DNA of 64,000 nucleotides from an uncultured Lachnospiraceae bacterium. Lineage in GTDB: Bacteria > Bacillota > Clostridia > Lachnospirales > Lachnospiraceae. The notes below the pieces were generated by a model. That model did not search any database. It had not been told where the DNA came from and worked only from the letters and a program-made list of their open reading frames with translations. The stretch spans positions 10,175-74,174 of the forward strand of contig CAMBAN010000001.1 in assembly GCA_945864145.1 (NCBI GenBank), written 5' to 3'. Below are positions 10,683-20,988 of the stretch, in pieces; within the stretch, counting starts at the first letter, position 1, and each line of letters starts with the position of its first letter. The translations under genes were made by a program, and so were the position numbers.

Positions 10683-13600
10683 ATGAAAAAATTTTCAAAC
10701 AAAACAAATGATATGTCATCCAAAAAAAATCTTGAAATAGAAGATCCACTGGATGATGAAGATATTTCAGCTAATAGTCCACCCCATAAGCCCCCTCAAA
10801 AAGAGGTAACCATATACGATCTCATGGATAGCGCCATGAAATCTGCTTTCAATGTCAATGTTGAAGAAGAAAACGAAAATGATGGATTAGAAGGCGCACA
10901 ATACCGGAAGGCTCTTATAAAGGCATATCTGCATGATAATAAGAAAACAATCCTTTGCGGTGCCGGATTCTTCCTTGTAGCTGCAAACTGCATGCTTCTT
11001 TTGGGTAAGATTTTAGCAGGCATTACAGGTATTACTACTTCCTGCGTTTCCTCAAATCTTATTTATTATATGTTTGCGTCATTAGTTCCATATCTTCTAT
11101 GGATGATATCTACAGATCAGGAATACTGGAATTTCCATAACCGGAAAATGCGCACCTTTACTTTTTGCTGCTTCAATGCAGTTTTGTGTTTATGCAGCAT
11201 AGTATTTCGTATATCTGGCACCTTCTCAATTCCTTTTTTTGCAGGACTTACACCTACCATTGCACTAAATGAGGAAAGAATAAGAGCCTTTGCAAGACTT
11301 GTTCTTTTACTCACCCCAACAATTACTTGTACTTTGATGATGACGGCAATATGCAAAAACCTGTACAGCCCCATTATCAAAACCTCTTTGATACGTTTTA
11401 AATTTGATACACAATTCGATCTGCGTTCATCAAAGGAAAAAGAATTCGCCTACGATATGTCCATTGTAAAGGATCTGGAAACAGGTGAACAGAAAAACAT
11501 TAAAGAAGGAGACCGATTTCTTCATGCTGTTGCAAACGGAACAACTGGAACCGGTAAAACATCGAGCTGTTTTACATGTGCAATTCAATCGGATATAGAT
11601 CAGATTGTTTATAACCTGGAATACCAGAAGAAAAAAGTGATGGAATACCTTGAGAAAGGGCTGATTCATATGAAAGTGCCTATGAGGGATTGCGATTTTA
11701 CAGTAGATAATTTTGTTCCCGATGATCCAAAAGACGAAAAGCTCTTATACAATCTCAAATTTAAGGCCCCAATTGCCGGTATTACCGCCATGGCACCTAA
11801 TGCCTCTTTCTCAGATGAAATTTACGATCTTGCACGTGCAAAGGGGCTTAAAGTTAACCGTGTAGATCCTACTCTTGGGAAAGATGGAAAACTGAAAGAA
11901 GGCTTTAAAGGATTCAATCCACTCTATATGAAACCAGGATTGCCTATAATGGAACAGATTATAAAAAGAAATGAAATAGCGGTTCTGTTTGCAGATGTTG
12001 CCCAGGCAGTCTATGATGCGTCCGGACAGTCTGACGTATATTTCGCCGGACTGAATAAAAACGTTACTACATCCGTGACCATGCTTGTACTGCTTACTTT
12101 TGAATTTCTTCCTGAAAGTGAAAAAGCAGGGCGCTCACAGCCAGACCCTACTGATGTACAGAATATCCTTAACAACTTTAAAAAGGCAGAAAACCTAAAA
12201 AAAATCTTTGTTGAGCATTATGCCAAAAGAGATAAAAACGGTAATTACAACAGAATGAACCCGGATATGGGTATTTACCAGCCAATTTATGATTTCATTG
12301 ATAAGGATCTGTTAGGAGATGGAGCCGATCAGTTGTTTGACCAGTGTCGTGGACTTAGAAATATTATAAATTCTTTCCTTCAAAATCCACTGATCAAAAA
12401 TATCCTATGTACACAGAATTCTATCTGTCTTGACGATGCCTTGGAAAATGGAGAAATTACACTGGTGAATTATGCACTGGAACTTGGAAGTGATTCTACT
12501 GTATTTGGTTTGTTCTTCATGTTATCTATGATCAATGCGGTATATCGCCGTCCTGGCGGGGAAATTAAAAAACTTCCACACTTTTTCTATATTGATGAAC
12601 TTCCAGTGCTGCTGCATCCACGAATCGAAGGCTGTTTTTCTCTGTTCCGTCAGTTTCGTGTTGCCATGTTTGTTGCTGTACAGTCTTTGGCACAGATGGA
12701 AAAATCAAACAGTACCGCTTTCTTAAAAGATGTACTGCTCGGAAACTGTGCCCATCACTTTGTGTTTGGGCGTGCTGCAGCACAGGAAATGGAGCTTTAC
12801 GAATCCATTGCCGGCATGTCCCTGCAGGTAACCCATATGGAGGGCGAACGTGGAACATCCGTATTTTCGGATAATCCTAACCTTTCGTATGATAGGAGAG
12901 ATACAATTGAGGAAAAATCAAATATCACCGGTACTGATGTAAGGTACCGTAATTTTCAGGAAGTCACCGTGGTTACAGTTGATAATGGAAGTGCTGTGGA
13001 CGCTTTTCTGGGAAAAGTATCTTTCCTTCCAAGCTACCGGCGACTGAAAAAGAAACGATTTTCTGTAGACTGGTCCGCTTATCCAGCACTTAAAGCAGCA
13101 GGTACAGAAAATCTGCATACTTTATCTGCAGATATGGTAGAAGAAGATTCCCAAGTTTCCATTCGGTCCGAAATTGGATCAGATACATTTCATTCGGATT
13201 CTTTAAACAATGGAGATTCCAGCATGAAAAAAAAGAATCTGTTCGGAATTGTTAAAGCAGATTCCACTGATAATGCCGGATCGCATGAGAACAACCCATC
13301 ATCGACCAGCGATAAGGGAAAATATGATTCATCGGAATCAAGAGGAAAAACATTTATGTTCTCTTCAGGGGGCCATGCTCCAGACAAAGAAAATGCACCT
13401 CCATCTGATATTTTTCTTGAGACGGAAAATAAGGATGTAGAAGATATTGATTCTTATAACTCAGACGATCTGACAATTGAAATCATTGATCAGATTCTTA
13501 ATTCTACAGGTACTTCGCAGGAAGATGAAACACAGGAAAACACATTTACTCCAATAGAGCAGGAAAAGATCGTTTCCCTTGCAGCCAATGATGTCTCGGA

Positions 13601-14069
13601 TACAACTGCTGCCGGCATCAATGCTCATGAAGAAAATATTTCTGTTGTTGGTGGAACATTGGCTCCCCGTCCTATTACATTGGAATCGGCACAGAAGCAT
13701 ACGAAAACACCTTTATTTGTTAATAATGACGCAGGTGTAACCGCTAACTCTGTAGAAAAAAATGAATCTTTGCAGGCTTCATTGGTCAATACTGAAGTTT
13801 CAGACGTTTCTTCCTCTATATCCACAGCAAAGGAAGTATCCGCAACTGATAATTATTCAAAATCTGAAATTTTTCTTTCATCAGATAAAGGGAAGAACTC
13901 TAAGGAAAAGACTGACGCAGATACTTCTGATAAAAAGAAATCCAAGAGAAGGAAACCAAAGCCTTCCAGACATACAGCAGTAGAGGGGCAATCTACTCTT
14001 TTCAATGACAATGGGGACAAAAAGGAACCTATTAAAACTAAAACTTATAATGGCTATACCAATATTTAG
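10683..14069 (+). CDS. virD4: Type IV coupling protein (VirD4/TraG family)
   Basis: N-terminal TMs, Walker A GTTGTGKT, Walker B FFYIDELP, AVQSLAQM, LGNCAHHFVFG, long acidic tail. Confidence 0.85.
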   Translation: MKKFSNKTNDMSSKKNLEIEDPLDDEDISANSPPHKPPQKEVTIYDLMDSAMKSAFNVNVEEENENDGLEGAQYRKALIKAYLHDNKKTILCGAGFFLVAANCMLLLGKILAGITGITTSCVSSNLIYYMFASLVPYLLWMISTDQEYWNFHNRKMRTFTFCCFNAVLCLCSIVFRISGTFSIPFFAGLTPTIALNEERIRAFARLVLLLTPTITCTLMMTAICKNLYSPIIKTSLIRFKFDTQFDLRSSKEKEFAYDMSIVKDLETGEQKNIKEGDRFLHAVANGTTGTGKTSSCFTCAIQSDIDQIVYNLEYQKKKVMEYLEKGLIHMKVPMRDCDFTVDNFVPDDPKDEKLLYNLKFKAPIAGITAMAPNASFSDEIYDLARAKGLKVNRVDPTLGKDGKLKEGFKGFNPLYMKPGLPIMEQIIKRNEIAVLFADVAQAVYDASGQSDVYFAGLNKNVTTSVTMLVLLTFEFLPESEKAGRSQPDPTDVQNILNNFKKAENLKKIFVEHYAKRDKNGNYNRMNPDMGIYQPIYDFIDKDLLGDGADQLFDQCRGLRNIINSFLQNPLIKNILCTQNSICLDDALENGEITLVNYALELGSDSTVFGLFFMLSMINAVYRRPGGEIKKLPHFFYIDELPVLLHPRIEGCFSLFRQFRVAMFVAVQSLAQMEKSNSTAFLKDVLLGNCAHHFVFGRAAAQEMELYESIAGMSLQVTHMEGERGTSVFSDNPNLSYDRRDTIEEKSNITGTDVRYRNFQEVTVVTVDNGSAVDAFLGKVSFLPSYRRLKKKRFSVDWSAYPALKAAGTENLHTLSADMVEEDSQVSIRSEIGSDTFHSDSLNNGDSSMKKKNLFGIVKADSTDNAGSHENNPSSTSDKGKYDSSESRGKTFMFSSGGHAPDKENAPPSDIFLETENKDVEDIDSYNSDDLTIEIIDQILNSTGTSQEDETQENTFTPIEQEKIVSLAANDVSDTTAAGINAHEENISVVGGTLAPRPITLESAQKHTKTPLFVNNDAGVTANSVEKNESLQASLVNTEVSDVSSSISTAKEVSATDNYSKSEIFLSSDKGKNSKEKTDADTSDKKKSKRRKPKPSRHTAVEGQSTLFNDNGDKKEPIKTKTYNGYTNI

Positions 14070-14086
14070 CCAGCTGAGGAATAAAT

Positions 14087-15091
14087 ATGTCTCAATCAAA
14101 CGCAAAATCAATGTTTACAGCCCTTCCGGGAGCTGCACGAATAGAAGTGGACGATATAGAAATTGAGGATAATGAAGAGAACCTTAAAGTTTCACCCTAC
14201 CTTTACCATGATGGAATGTACTTTAAGTGTAAAGGACGTAAGGATGTCCCTTTCGTCCTTTTAAACTCCATTTTAAAAGAAAATCTCCCCTCATTGTATT
14301 TTGATCTGCTTTGCATCTTAAGTGATTATACTTATCTGAATTCTTTTCTGCTGAGGAAAAGACTTGCTTATTTGAAAAATCATGAAAAGATGTCTACAAC
14401 CGGAATGAGACGTACATTAAATGCCATGCGCCAAAAAGGACTTATTTTGGAATATGAACTATTTCACAAAGGCGAGGATCAGTCGATAAAAGGAAGCCCT
14501 TTTATATATGCTGTTTCCCCTCTTGGTTACAAATATCTCAAAAAAAGTCGTCCTTACAAATTTATTAAAAATGAAGAACAAAGCATTCCTTTTGAATGCG
14601 AACGGGTGTTGCGCATTCTGTCGGAAAACCAATTTTCTATACTTTTTGAAGAACAGTACGAGCCTTGTGGGCGTGTTACATACTGTGATTTCTCTGATTT
14701 TGTCTATAAAAATTCAGGAATAAGGATGCTTTACGGAATAAAACTACCATCTAACGATGTGATTGCATTGTTTGCACTTTCAATACGTCAAGATCCGCAA
14801 TGGAGCAGCAGATACCTTATGTTGCTCAGGAATCTTCGTACCTTTATGGAAAAGCACCAGATTAAAAATGCAAGTATTATGGTAATCGTGGAAAGCGAAT
14901 GGTTTTCCATGGCATGTGAACGTGTCAGATGTTGTGAGAATGATCTTAAAAATCTTGATGTTTTTTACGCGACAGACGTATCATTTGTCACGGAAAATGA
15001 TGTTTTTAACCGGCTGATTGATGTGCTCCCAGCTAATGACTATAGTAAAAGATCAATTTTTAGGCTTAATATCCGAAACAGTGAACAATAA
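14087..15091 (+). CDS. Winged-helix protein, replication-relaxation-like
   Basis: MRRTLNAMRQKGLI...YAVSPLGYKYL wHTH pattern; immediately downstream of virD4. Confidence 0.4.
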   Translation: MSQSNAKSMFTALPGAARIEVDDIEIEDNEENLKVSPYLYHDGMYFKCKGRKDVPFVLLNSILKENLPSLYFDLLCILSDYTYLNSFLLRKRLAYLKNHEKMSTTGMRRTLNAMRQKGLILEYELFHKGEDQSIKGSPFIYAVSPLGYKYLKKSRPYKFIKNEEQSIPFECERVLRILSENQFSILFEEQYEPCGRVTYCDFSDFVYKNSGIRMLYGIKLPSNDVIALFALSIRQDPQWSSRYLMLLRNLRTFMEKHQIKNASIMVIVESEWFSMACERVRCCENDLKNLDVFYATDVSFVTENDVFNRLIDVLPANDYSKRSIFRLNIRNSEQ

Positions 15092-15131
15092 GATTATCCG
15101 GATTTTACTATTACAAATGAGGTATAAGATT

Positions 15132-15431
15132 ATGAAATCTGTTAAATTAGAAAACATACACCGCGGGGATATTGTAATATATCGTCGAAAAAAAGCTATC
15201 GTCCAATATTGTTTCTGCCTGGATTTCAGACAGAGATACTATCATACGAATCGCCCTATCTGGCGTGTACGGTTTGCAAACGGGAAAGGGATGAATCTTT
15301 GTCCGAGGAACGAAGCAGAATTTTCCATGACAGAGGAGACAGCTGTCCCAGGGCATATAGCTGTATCGCAGGAAAAAAATAATGAATGGATGAAAAAACT
15401 GGAAAACGGAGAAATGATATCTGTGATATGA
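15132..15431 (+). CDS. Hypothetical protein
   Basis: ATG after SD GAGG; 99 aa. Confidence 0.5.
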   Translation: MKSVKLENIHRGDIVIYRRKKAIVQYCFCLDFRQRYYHTNRPIWRVRFANGKGMNLCPRNEAEFSMTEETAVPGHIAVSQEKNNEWMKKLENGEMISVI

Positions 15432-15535
15432 TCGGATATTTCCGTATAAAACATTTAACCGGAAAGAAGTGTAAACCACCTTCTTTTCAGAACTGTTTCT
15501 TTATCCCTCATACATGCATGCAGGTAACAACTACC

Positions 15536-15573
15536 AGGCACATTCCAGACAAGAAATCTGGTTGTGCCTTTTT
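15536..15573 (+). terminator. Intrinsic terminator
   Basis: AGGCAC...CCAGA/TCTGG...GTGCCT followed by a T run. Confidence 0.55.
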
Positions 15574-15628
15574 GTAGTTCCCTTTTTTATATAAAAATCT
15601 GCATTTATATAATTTATTAAATCGTGCC

Positions 15629-15858
15629 TTGATTTTTTTAATTCAATAAGGTAAGATATAAATGTATTTATTTATATTTTTTTAAATGCTTCGTTCCGGA
15701 GCTGTCGTGCATTTATATGTCATAGAGACATATGGATGCATTTTTTTTGTTCTTTTTTACAGGACAAAACAAAAGCTCCCCCATGTGGAGAGCATTCCCA
15801 TGCTGATTGCGGTATGGATGTTTTTTTATCAGCGGAAAGCTGAAGAAAGGAGTTTTAT
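15629..15858 (+). promoter_or_regulatory. SigA-type promoter and structured leader (divergent member of the leader family)
   Basis: TTGATT-17-TAAGAT followed by ATAAATGTAT as in the other leaders; AAAAGCTCC hairpin; ends in a hairpin-SD module. Confidence 0.5.
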
Positions 15859-17304
15859 ATGGGAAAAGGATGTACAGAGGTATCAAGTTCCCGCCCTTGT
15901 CCAATCTGTGGTAAACCAGATTATTGCTGCTTTTACCAAAATGGCAAGGGATATACGGAAATAATTTGTAAACGTACTAAATCACAACAAGACGTTTACG
16001 GACAGGATGGCAGAATTTATCATTTTCTTCGCCGTACACAAAAGGAGCAGAATTCAGTCTTTCAGGAGAAAGAACTGTATGAAGCAATCCGGGCAAAAGA
16101 GAAGGATGATTGGATGCGGGCCAACAAAAAAGGACCATACAATCCTAACCATCGCGGGAAATGGCAGGATAAAAGTAAAACATCTTCTCCTGTGGCGGCA
16201 AATATTGCCGTTCCCGAACCAATCCACTACGAAATAGTGGAATCAATTAAGCCAATATCCCATAAGGATCGGGATGTTGTTTATAAGGCTATGCTTTCCT
16301 GCCTTACACTGGAAGATTACCACAGGGAATATCTTCATCAGGAAGGCTGGTCAGACGATCTGATCGAAAAACATAAAATCAGATCTTTCCCAATGCGGGA
16401 TGTGATCCGGGCAAAATACAGCAATTTCTTCTGCCGAAATCCTTACAGAAAAAAGCTTGCCAGGGAAACAATGGCAAAACTCGGCTCCGATAGCCTGCTT
16501 GGCCTTCCAGGAGCTTTTAAGGATAAGAGCGGAAACTGGACATTTGCCGGTCCGAGCGGAATCTGCTTTCCAATTTACGATGCAGACGGATACCTCTATG
16601 GAATCCGTATCAGAATGGATTTCACCGATTGCGGAATCCAGTTGGAAAAGGACCGTTATGGACAGAGATTTTATGAACATGGGAAAAAGAAGTATTACCT
16701 GCAGCCATTTAAGGGCTGGTATGTCTTTGACAAAGGAGAAAAGATTTTTCTTTCAAAAAAAGACCAGGGATACTTCACCGAGCACAACGGTCAAGAAAAG
16801 TTCATAAGAACTAGCGGTAAATACCGCCCTTTAACATCCTTTTTTGAAGATCAAAAGGAAAAAGAGCAAAACCACCGTATTGTCAATTCTTATGACAGTG
16901 GCTGTGCACTCGAGTCTGGTACAAGTTTGTATGCAGACGAAAACGATTCCTATCTTATCTGTTACCTGACGGAAGGGGAGAAAAAAGGAATATTTGCCAA
17001 CCACACGATGGACGCACCTTTGGTAACATTTCCAGGCGTTGACAGTTGGGGAGATTTATTTACCGGTGATCAAAATCACCGCTTAATCGACATTTTAAAG
17101 CAAAAAGGGACAAAGATGTTCATTATTGCCTATGATGCAGATAAAGCGGTAAATGAGAGCGTATTAAACGCTCAGAACAAGGTTCTGGACGCCATACGAA
17201 AAGAAGGATTCTATGTTGGAGTAGCCAACTGGGATGAATCCTGTGGAAAAGGACTGGATGATCTTCTTGCAAAAGGATTCCAGCCATCCTATGACATTTT
17301 ATAG
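15859..17304 (+). CDS. DNA primase-like protein (Zn ribbon + DUF3854/Toprim)
   Basis: PCPICGKPDYC; Toprim motifs LTEGEKKG, IIAYDAD, KGLDDLL. Confidence 0.8.
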   Translation: MGKGCTEVSSSRPCPICGKPDYCCFYQNGKGYTEIICKRTKSQQDVYGQDGRIYHFLRRTQKEQNSVFQEKELYEAIRAKEKDDWMRANKKGPYNPNHRGKWQDKSKTSSPVAANIAVPEPIHYEIVESIKPISHKDRDVVYKAMLSCLTLEDYHREYLHQEGWSDDLIEKHKIRSFPMRDVIRAKYSNFFCRNPYRKKLARETMAKLGSDSLLGLPGAFKDKSGNWTFAGPSGICFPIYDADGYLYGIRIRMDFTDCGIQLEKDRYGQRFYEHGKKKYYLQPFKGWYVFDKGEKIFLSKKDQGYFTEHNGQEKFIRTSGKYRPLTSFFEDQKEKEQNHRIVNSYDSGCALESGTSLYADENDSYLICYLTEGEKKGIFANHTMDAPLVTFPGVDSWGDLFTGDQNHRLIDILKQKGTKMFIIAYDADKAVNESVLNAQNKVLDAIRKEGFYVGVANWDESCGKGLDDLLAKGFQPSYDIL

Positions 17305-17345
17305 TTCATTTTATAGGGGAAATTTCCCCAGAAAGGAGTTCTACT

Positions 17346-17786
17346 ATGAACAAAGTAATTCTTATGGGCCGATTAACAAGAGATGCAGAGGTCCGGTACT
17401 CTCAGGGAGAGAGTACCAATGCAATTGCAAGATTTTCGCTGGCAGTTGACCGCCGATTCCGTCGGAACGGTGATGAACAGACAGCAGATTTCATAAGCTG
17501 TATTGCATTTGGCAAGACGGCAGAGTTTTTTGAGAGATTTGGCCGCAAAGGAACTAAGTTTGTTCTTGAAGGGCGTATTCAGACGGGCAGTTATACAAAT
17601 AAAGATGGGCAGCGCATTTACACTACAGATGTTGTGGTAGAGAATGCAGAGTTTGCAGAAAGCAAAAATGCCGCCTCTGGCAATAATAATTCCAATGGAG
17701 GATCTGCAGTGCCTTCCCCAAGTGGAACTGCAGGAGATGGATTTATGAGTATTCCAGAAGGAGATGAAGAATTGCCATTCCATTAG
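17346..17786 (+). CDS. ssb: Single-stranded DNA-binding protein
   Basis: MNKVILMGRLTRDAEVRY, ADFISCIAFGKTAE, acidic tail DEELPF. Confidence 0.97.
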   Translation: MNKVILMGRLTRDAEVRYSQGESTNAIARFSLAVDRRFRRNGDEQTADFISCIAFGKTAEFFERFGRKGTKFVLEGRIQTGSYTNKDGQRIYTTDVVVENAEFAESKNAASGNNNSNGGSAVPSPSGTAGDGFMSIPEGDEELPFH

Positions 17787-17844
17787 ATTTACAAACCAGG
17801 TTTATTTGAGAGATCGCTTGTTCTTCTCTCAGAAGGGAGGTTTT

Positions 17845-18024
17845 ATGAGCCTTCATAAATATATCGTTTTCTATCAAGAAATTGATGATGAAGGAGATGC
17901 AAGGGAAGACTGTCTGGAGGTATATGCATATAGCAGGCAACAAGCCTTTTATCTTGCAACCGAATATATCAAAGAAGACAGTATAACTGGCATCGAATGT
18001 GCAGTACATAAAGTCTGTTATTAA
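17845..18024 (+). CDS. Small hypothetical protein
   Basis: ATG after SD GGGAGG; 59 aa. Confidence 0.55.
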   Translation: MSLHKYIVFYQEIDDEGDAREDCLEVYAYSRQQAFYLATEYIKEDSITGIECAVHKVCY

Positions 18025-18025
18025 G

Positions 18026-18053
18026 AGAAACGTCCGAAAGGGCGTTTCTTTTT
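18026..18053 (+). terminator. Intrinsic terminator
   Basis: AGAAACGTCC-GAAA-GGGCGTTTCT-TTTT. Confidence 0.85.
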
Positions 18054-18330
18054 GTTGTAAATTTAAAATAATTGCATATAATAAAAAGAAAGCAGAAAGA
18101 GACAACAACGTAGTAGTTTATATTATATCTATTTTATTTGATATATTATTTCTTATATTATTTTTTATTATATTCATATATTATAAAATTTATTGTGTAT
18201 ATATACTTACAGATAATAGCCATTTGACGTCTGAGCGTAAGCGAAGTCGGCAAATAAGGATATTATCTGTTATGTTATTTTATTGGTACGGTATAAATAT
18301 ATTATTAATGTATATAGGAAGAAACTCGTG

Positions 18331-18570
18331 CAGTTGTGCGGAAAAATTTGTAAACTATGCGCAGGATTTGATGTACTGTGCGCGGAATTTGATGAACTGT
18401 GCGGAAAAGTATGCGAACTATGCGCAAAAATTTAATTTGGAGAAATGAATTATGCGCAAAAGTGTGCGAACTGTGCGGAAAAGTTATGCGAACTATGCGC
18501 AAAAGTTTGACGAATTATGCGCAGAAGTTTATAAATTATGCGGAAAAGTATGTGAACTATGCGCAAAAAT
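18331..18570 (+). repeat. Iteron array, 11 direct repeats (core GAACTATGCGCAAAA)
   Basis: TGCG cores at 18337, 18358, 18379, 18400, 18421, 18453, 18474, 18496, 18518, 18539, 18560 (spacing 21-22, once 32). Confidence 0.85.
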
Positions 18571-18625
18571 TTAATTTTTGAAGAACGGTATACTTCAAGA
18601 AATGGGAAAACCAGGGCTTTCTCGA

Positions 18626-19371
18626 AGTCGGCAAATAAATTTAGCAAACAGAAATAATTGAAAAATTTGCCGTCTTTACCAAGACGGCAATTGGATAAGA
18701 AGATTAAATTTGCCGTCTTTCTTGTAAATATTATTTCAAACCCAGTGATATCAAGGGCTTCAGAAGATTAGATGCTAAATATGATTGACCAATAATAAAT
18801 ATGAAATATAGGGTCATTATTTAATAATTAAAGAAAAAATGGCTTATTTTAGGGGTTTTATGGAAGACGGCAAATTTTCAATTATGCGCACAATTTTGAA
18901 TTGAAAAGACGGCAAATTTATAAGACGGCAAGTTTTTAGAAAGAAAGCATGATAGGACGGCAAGTTTTCATAAAAAAACTTGCCGTCCTTGTTTGCAAAA
19001 TATAGCTTAACCGCTGATTTTATCAGGGTTTGTCAGGAATTTTACATTTAATTCACGGTAAAAAAAGTCGGCAAGAAGTAACTTAGGAAAAAATTTGCCG
19101 TCCTGTGAATATAGAATATGTGTTCGAAATATGCTTCGAATGTCGGCAAATTTTCTTTGAAATATGCGCTGATAGATGGCAACTTTAATTATATATTCTG
19201 AAATAGATATAAATTTCAAGCGAAATATGACGAGTATGTCGGAAAATTTATTAAAAAAGTGCGCTATGTGTCGGCAACTTTTATTATATATTCTAAAAAT
19301 TAAGTATAAACGCCTGATTTATGCGCTGTTCATCGGATAATTGACTTGAATTATGCGCTAAAAGTCGGAAA
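18626..19371. repeat. Second dispersed repeat family RGWCGGCAA, both orientations
   Basis: About 15 copies of AAGACGGCAA / TTGCCGTC / GTCGGCAA, including the inverted pair TTGCCGTCTT-TACC-AAGACGGCAA at 18667-18690. Confidence 0.8.
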
Positions 19372-19376
19372 CCCCG

Positions 19377-19406
19377 TTGACTTTTGGGAAAGAAATAGAA
19401 TATAAT
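19377..19406 (+). promoter_or_regulatory. rep promoter
   Basis: TTGACT-18-TATAAT, then SD GAAAGGGG. Confidence 0.7.
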
Positions 19407-19428
19407 CATTTCAGAAAGGGGTGTCATT

Positions 19429-20985
19429 ATGCCGGATCGGAAGAAAAAACAACAGAATACAGATTTAGTTGCTGTAAATGGCACCACCTCTGCCGGATCA
19501 ACGCAGGAAGAGATCAACTTTGCAAAGGCAAGAAAACAGGTTGTTGCAAAAAGAGTAGATCTGATTCAACTTGGCAGGAATAATCTTACGCTTGTAGAAC
19601 AAAAGGCTGTTAATTATATGATTTCTAAAATAAAGCCAACGGATGATCCAATGCAAAGATATGATTTTAGCGTAAGAGAATTTTGCCGGATGATAGGCTG
19701 GACTACTCGTTATTCTACACCGGAAATGCTTAAGATGTTACAGGAATTGTCTCAAAAGACTCAGTGGATTAAAGATGTAGAGTATAGTGAATATAATGTT
19801 ATCCATGTGGGGAATGATGGAAATGAGTATAGTGTTAAAAAAAATACCCCAAATGTAAAATATACAAGCCGCCACTGGTTCGATATTGTAGAATTACATG
19901 AGACTGCCGGCTATATAACCATCACATTTTCGAGATCAATAACACCATACCTGTTTAATTTAAAAAAGCAGCAGAAAGATGGAAAAGTTTACATAGCATC
20001 TTGGAGCGTTGATGCAACCGCGATCATGAAATCCCAGTATTCAGGGAAACTTTTTGAATATCTTAAGACATATCAATGCAATAATTTGGAATGGGTGTTC
20101 GAAAATGGAACAGGAACGGAAAGAGATCTGCAGGTAATGCTTGCTCCAATGGACGCAAATGGGAATACAGTTGTTCCGAAAGGATGGGCAAACTGGGGAA
20201 TCTTCGAAAGAAATGTTTTGAAACCGGCAAAAGAGGAAATAAATAAGTACACGGACATTACGATAGATTATACGCCTTTAAAGGTAGACTATGCCGGGAA
20301 AAAGTATCGCCGATATGTTATGATAAAATTTACACTGATAGAGAAGAATGAAGATGAAAAGAGACGAAAAAATGCCCTTCTTGATCAGGAATATAATAAT
20401 TATACACAGTATGAGCAGCTTTCCCTGGAAGATCTGCAATATGAGAATGCTTCTGAAGACGAAAAGAGAGAGGCGAAACGGAAAGAGTATGAAAAACGTG
20501 AGAAAGAAATAGATAAATCAGATTTTCCTCTTCTAAAAGATATGCTTTTTGATTTTACAGAAGAACAGTTGCGGATGTTGGACCATGCCGCACGCAATCA
20601 CATGACAGAGGATTTTTCTGCATCTGATGCTGAATTGTGGGTATGTGATTTTATAAGTTACTACAATGACTATATTGAAGCAACAAAAAGTGAAACAAGA
20701 CGCTCAAAGTTTGCCAGACTGCTTGCATATGTGAGAAATGACTATCAGGCATATGCTGTGCAACTTGGATCAAATTATATCGGAATTAATGAGAGCATAA
20801 AGCAAGACATTCCGGAAAATATAGTGTATGATATAGATGTAGATGATCAGGTGGATAGTTCTGATAAAATAATGGAAGAAAATGTAAATTATGAAACAAA
20901 TGATGAAAGCAATAGTTCCACGGCTAATACATCAACATCGCTTGAGGATGAACTACTTGACATGGTAAGAAAGGCAGGACTTTAA
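19429..20985 (+). CDS. Plasmid replication initiator (Rep_3/RepB family)
   Basis: LIQLGRNNLTLVEQKAVNYMISKI, ITITFSRSITPYLFNLK, MKSQYSGKLFEYLK, FERNVLKPAKEEINKYTDI. Confidence 0.9.
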   Translation: MPDRKKKQQNTDLVAVNGTTSAGSTQEEINFAKARKQVVAKRVDLIQLGRNNLTLVEQKAVNYMISKIKPTDDPMQRYDFSVREFCRMIGWTTRYSTPEMLKMLQELSQKTQWIKDVEYSEYNVIHVGNDGNEYSVKKNTPNVKYTSRHWFDIVELHETAGYITITFSRSITPYLFNLKKQQKDGKVYIASWSVDATAIMKSQYSGKLFEYLKTYQCNNLEWVFENGTGTERDLQVMLAPMDANGNTVVPKGWANWGIFERNVLKPAKEEINKYTDITIDYTPLKVDYAGKKYRRYVMIKFTLIEKNEDEKRRKNALLDQEYNNYTQYEQLSLEDLQYENASEDEKREAKRKEYEKREKEIDKSDFPLLKDMLFDFTEEQLRMLDHAARNHMTEDFSASDAELWVCDFISYYNDYIEATKSETRRSKFARLLAYVRNDYQAYAVQLGSNYIGINESIKQDIPENIVYDIDVDDQVDSSDKIMEENVNYETNDESNSSTANTSTSLEDELLDMVRKAGL

Positions 20986-20988
20986 TAT

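Larger units (their letters stand above)
18055..19428. other. Putative plasmid replication origin (AT-rich tract + iterons)
   Basis: Very AT-rich 18055-18320, two repeat families, immediately upstream of the Rep_3 gene. Confidence 0.75.

Noticed and set aside
15771-15795. GCTCCCCCATGTGGAGAGC hairpin resembling a I-C repeat stem
   Set aside because: Lacks the 5' GTC and 3' GGATTGAAA, is single, and matches the AAAAGCTCC leader hairpin family instead.
18331-18570. Tandem repeats as a CRISPR array for the orphan Cascade
   Set aside because: The 21-bp period leaves no room for unique spacers, and the location next to rep fits iterons.
17999-19583. ORFs in the track across the origin region
   Set aside because: They are translations of iterons and AT-rich DNA without SDs.
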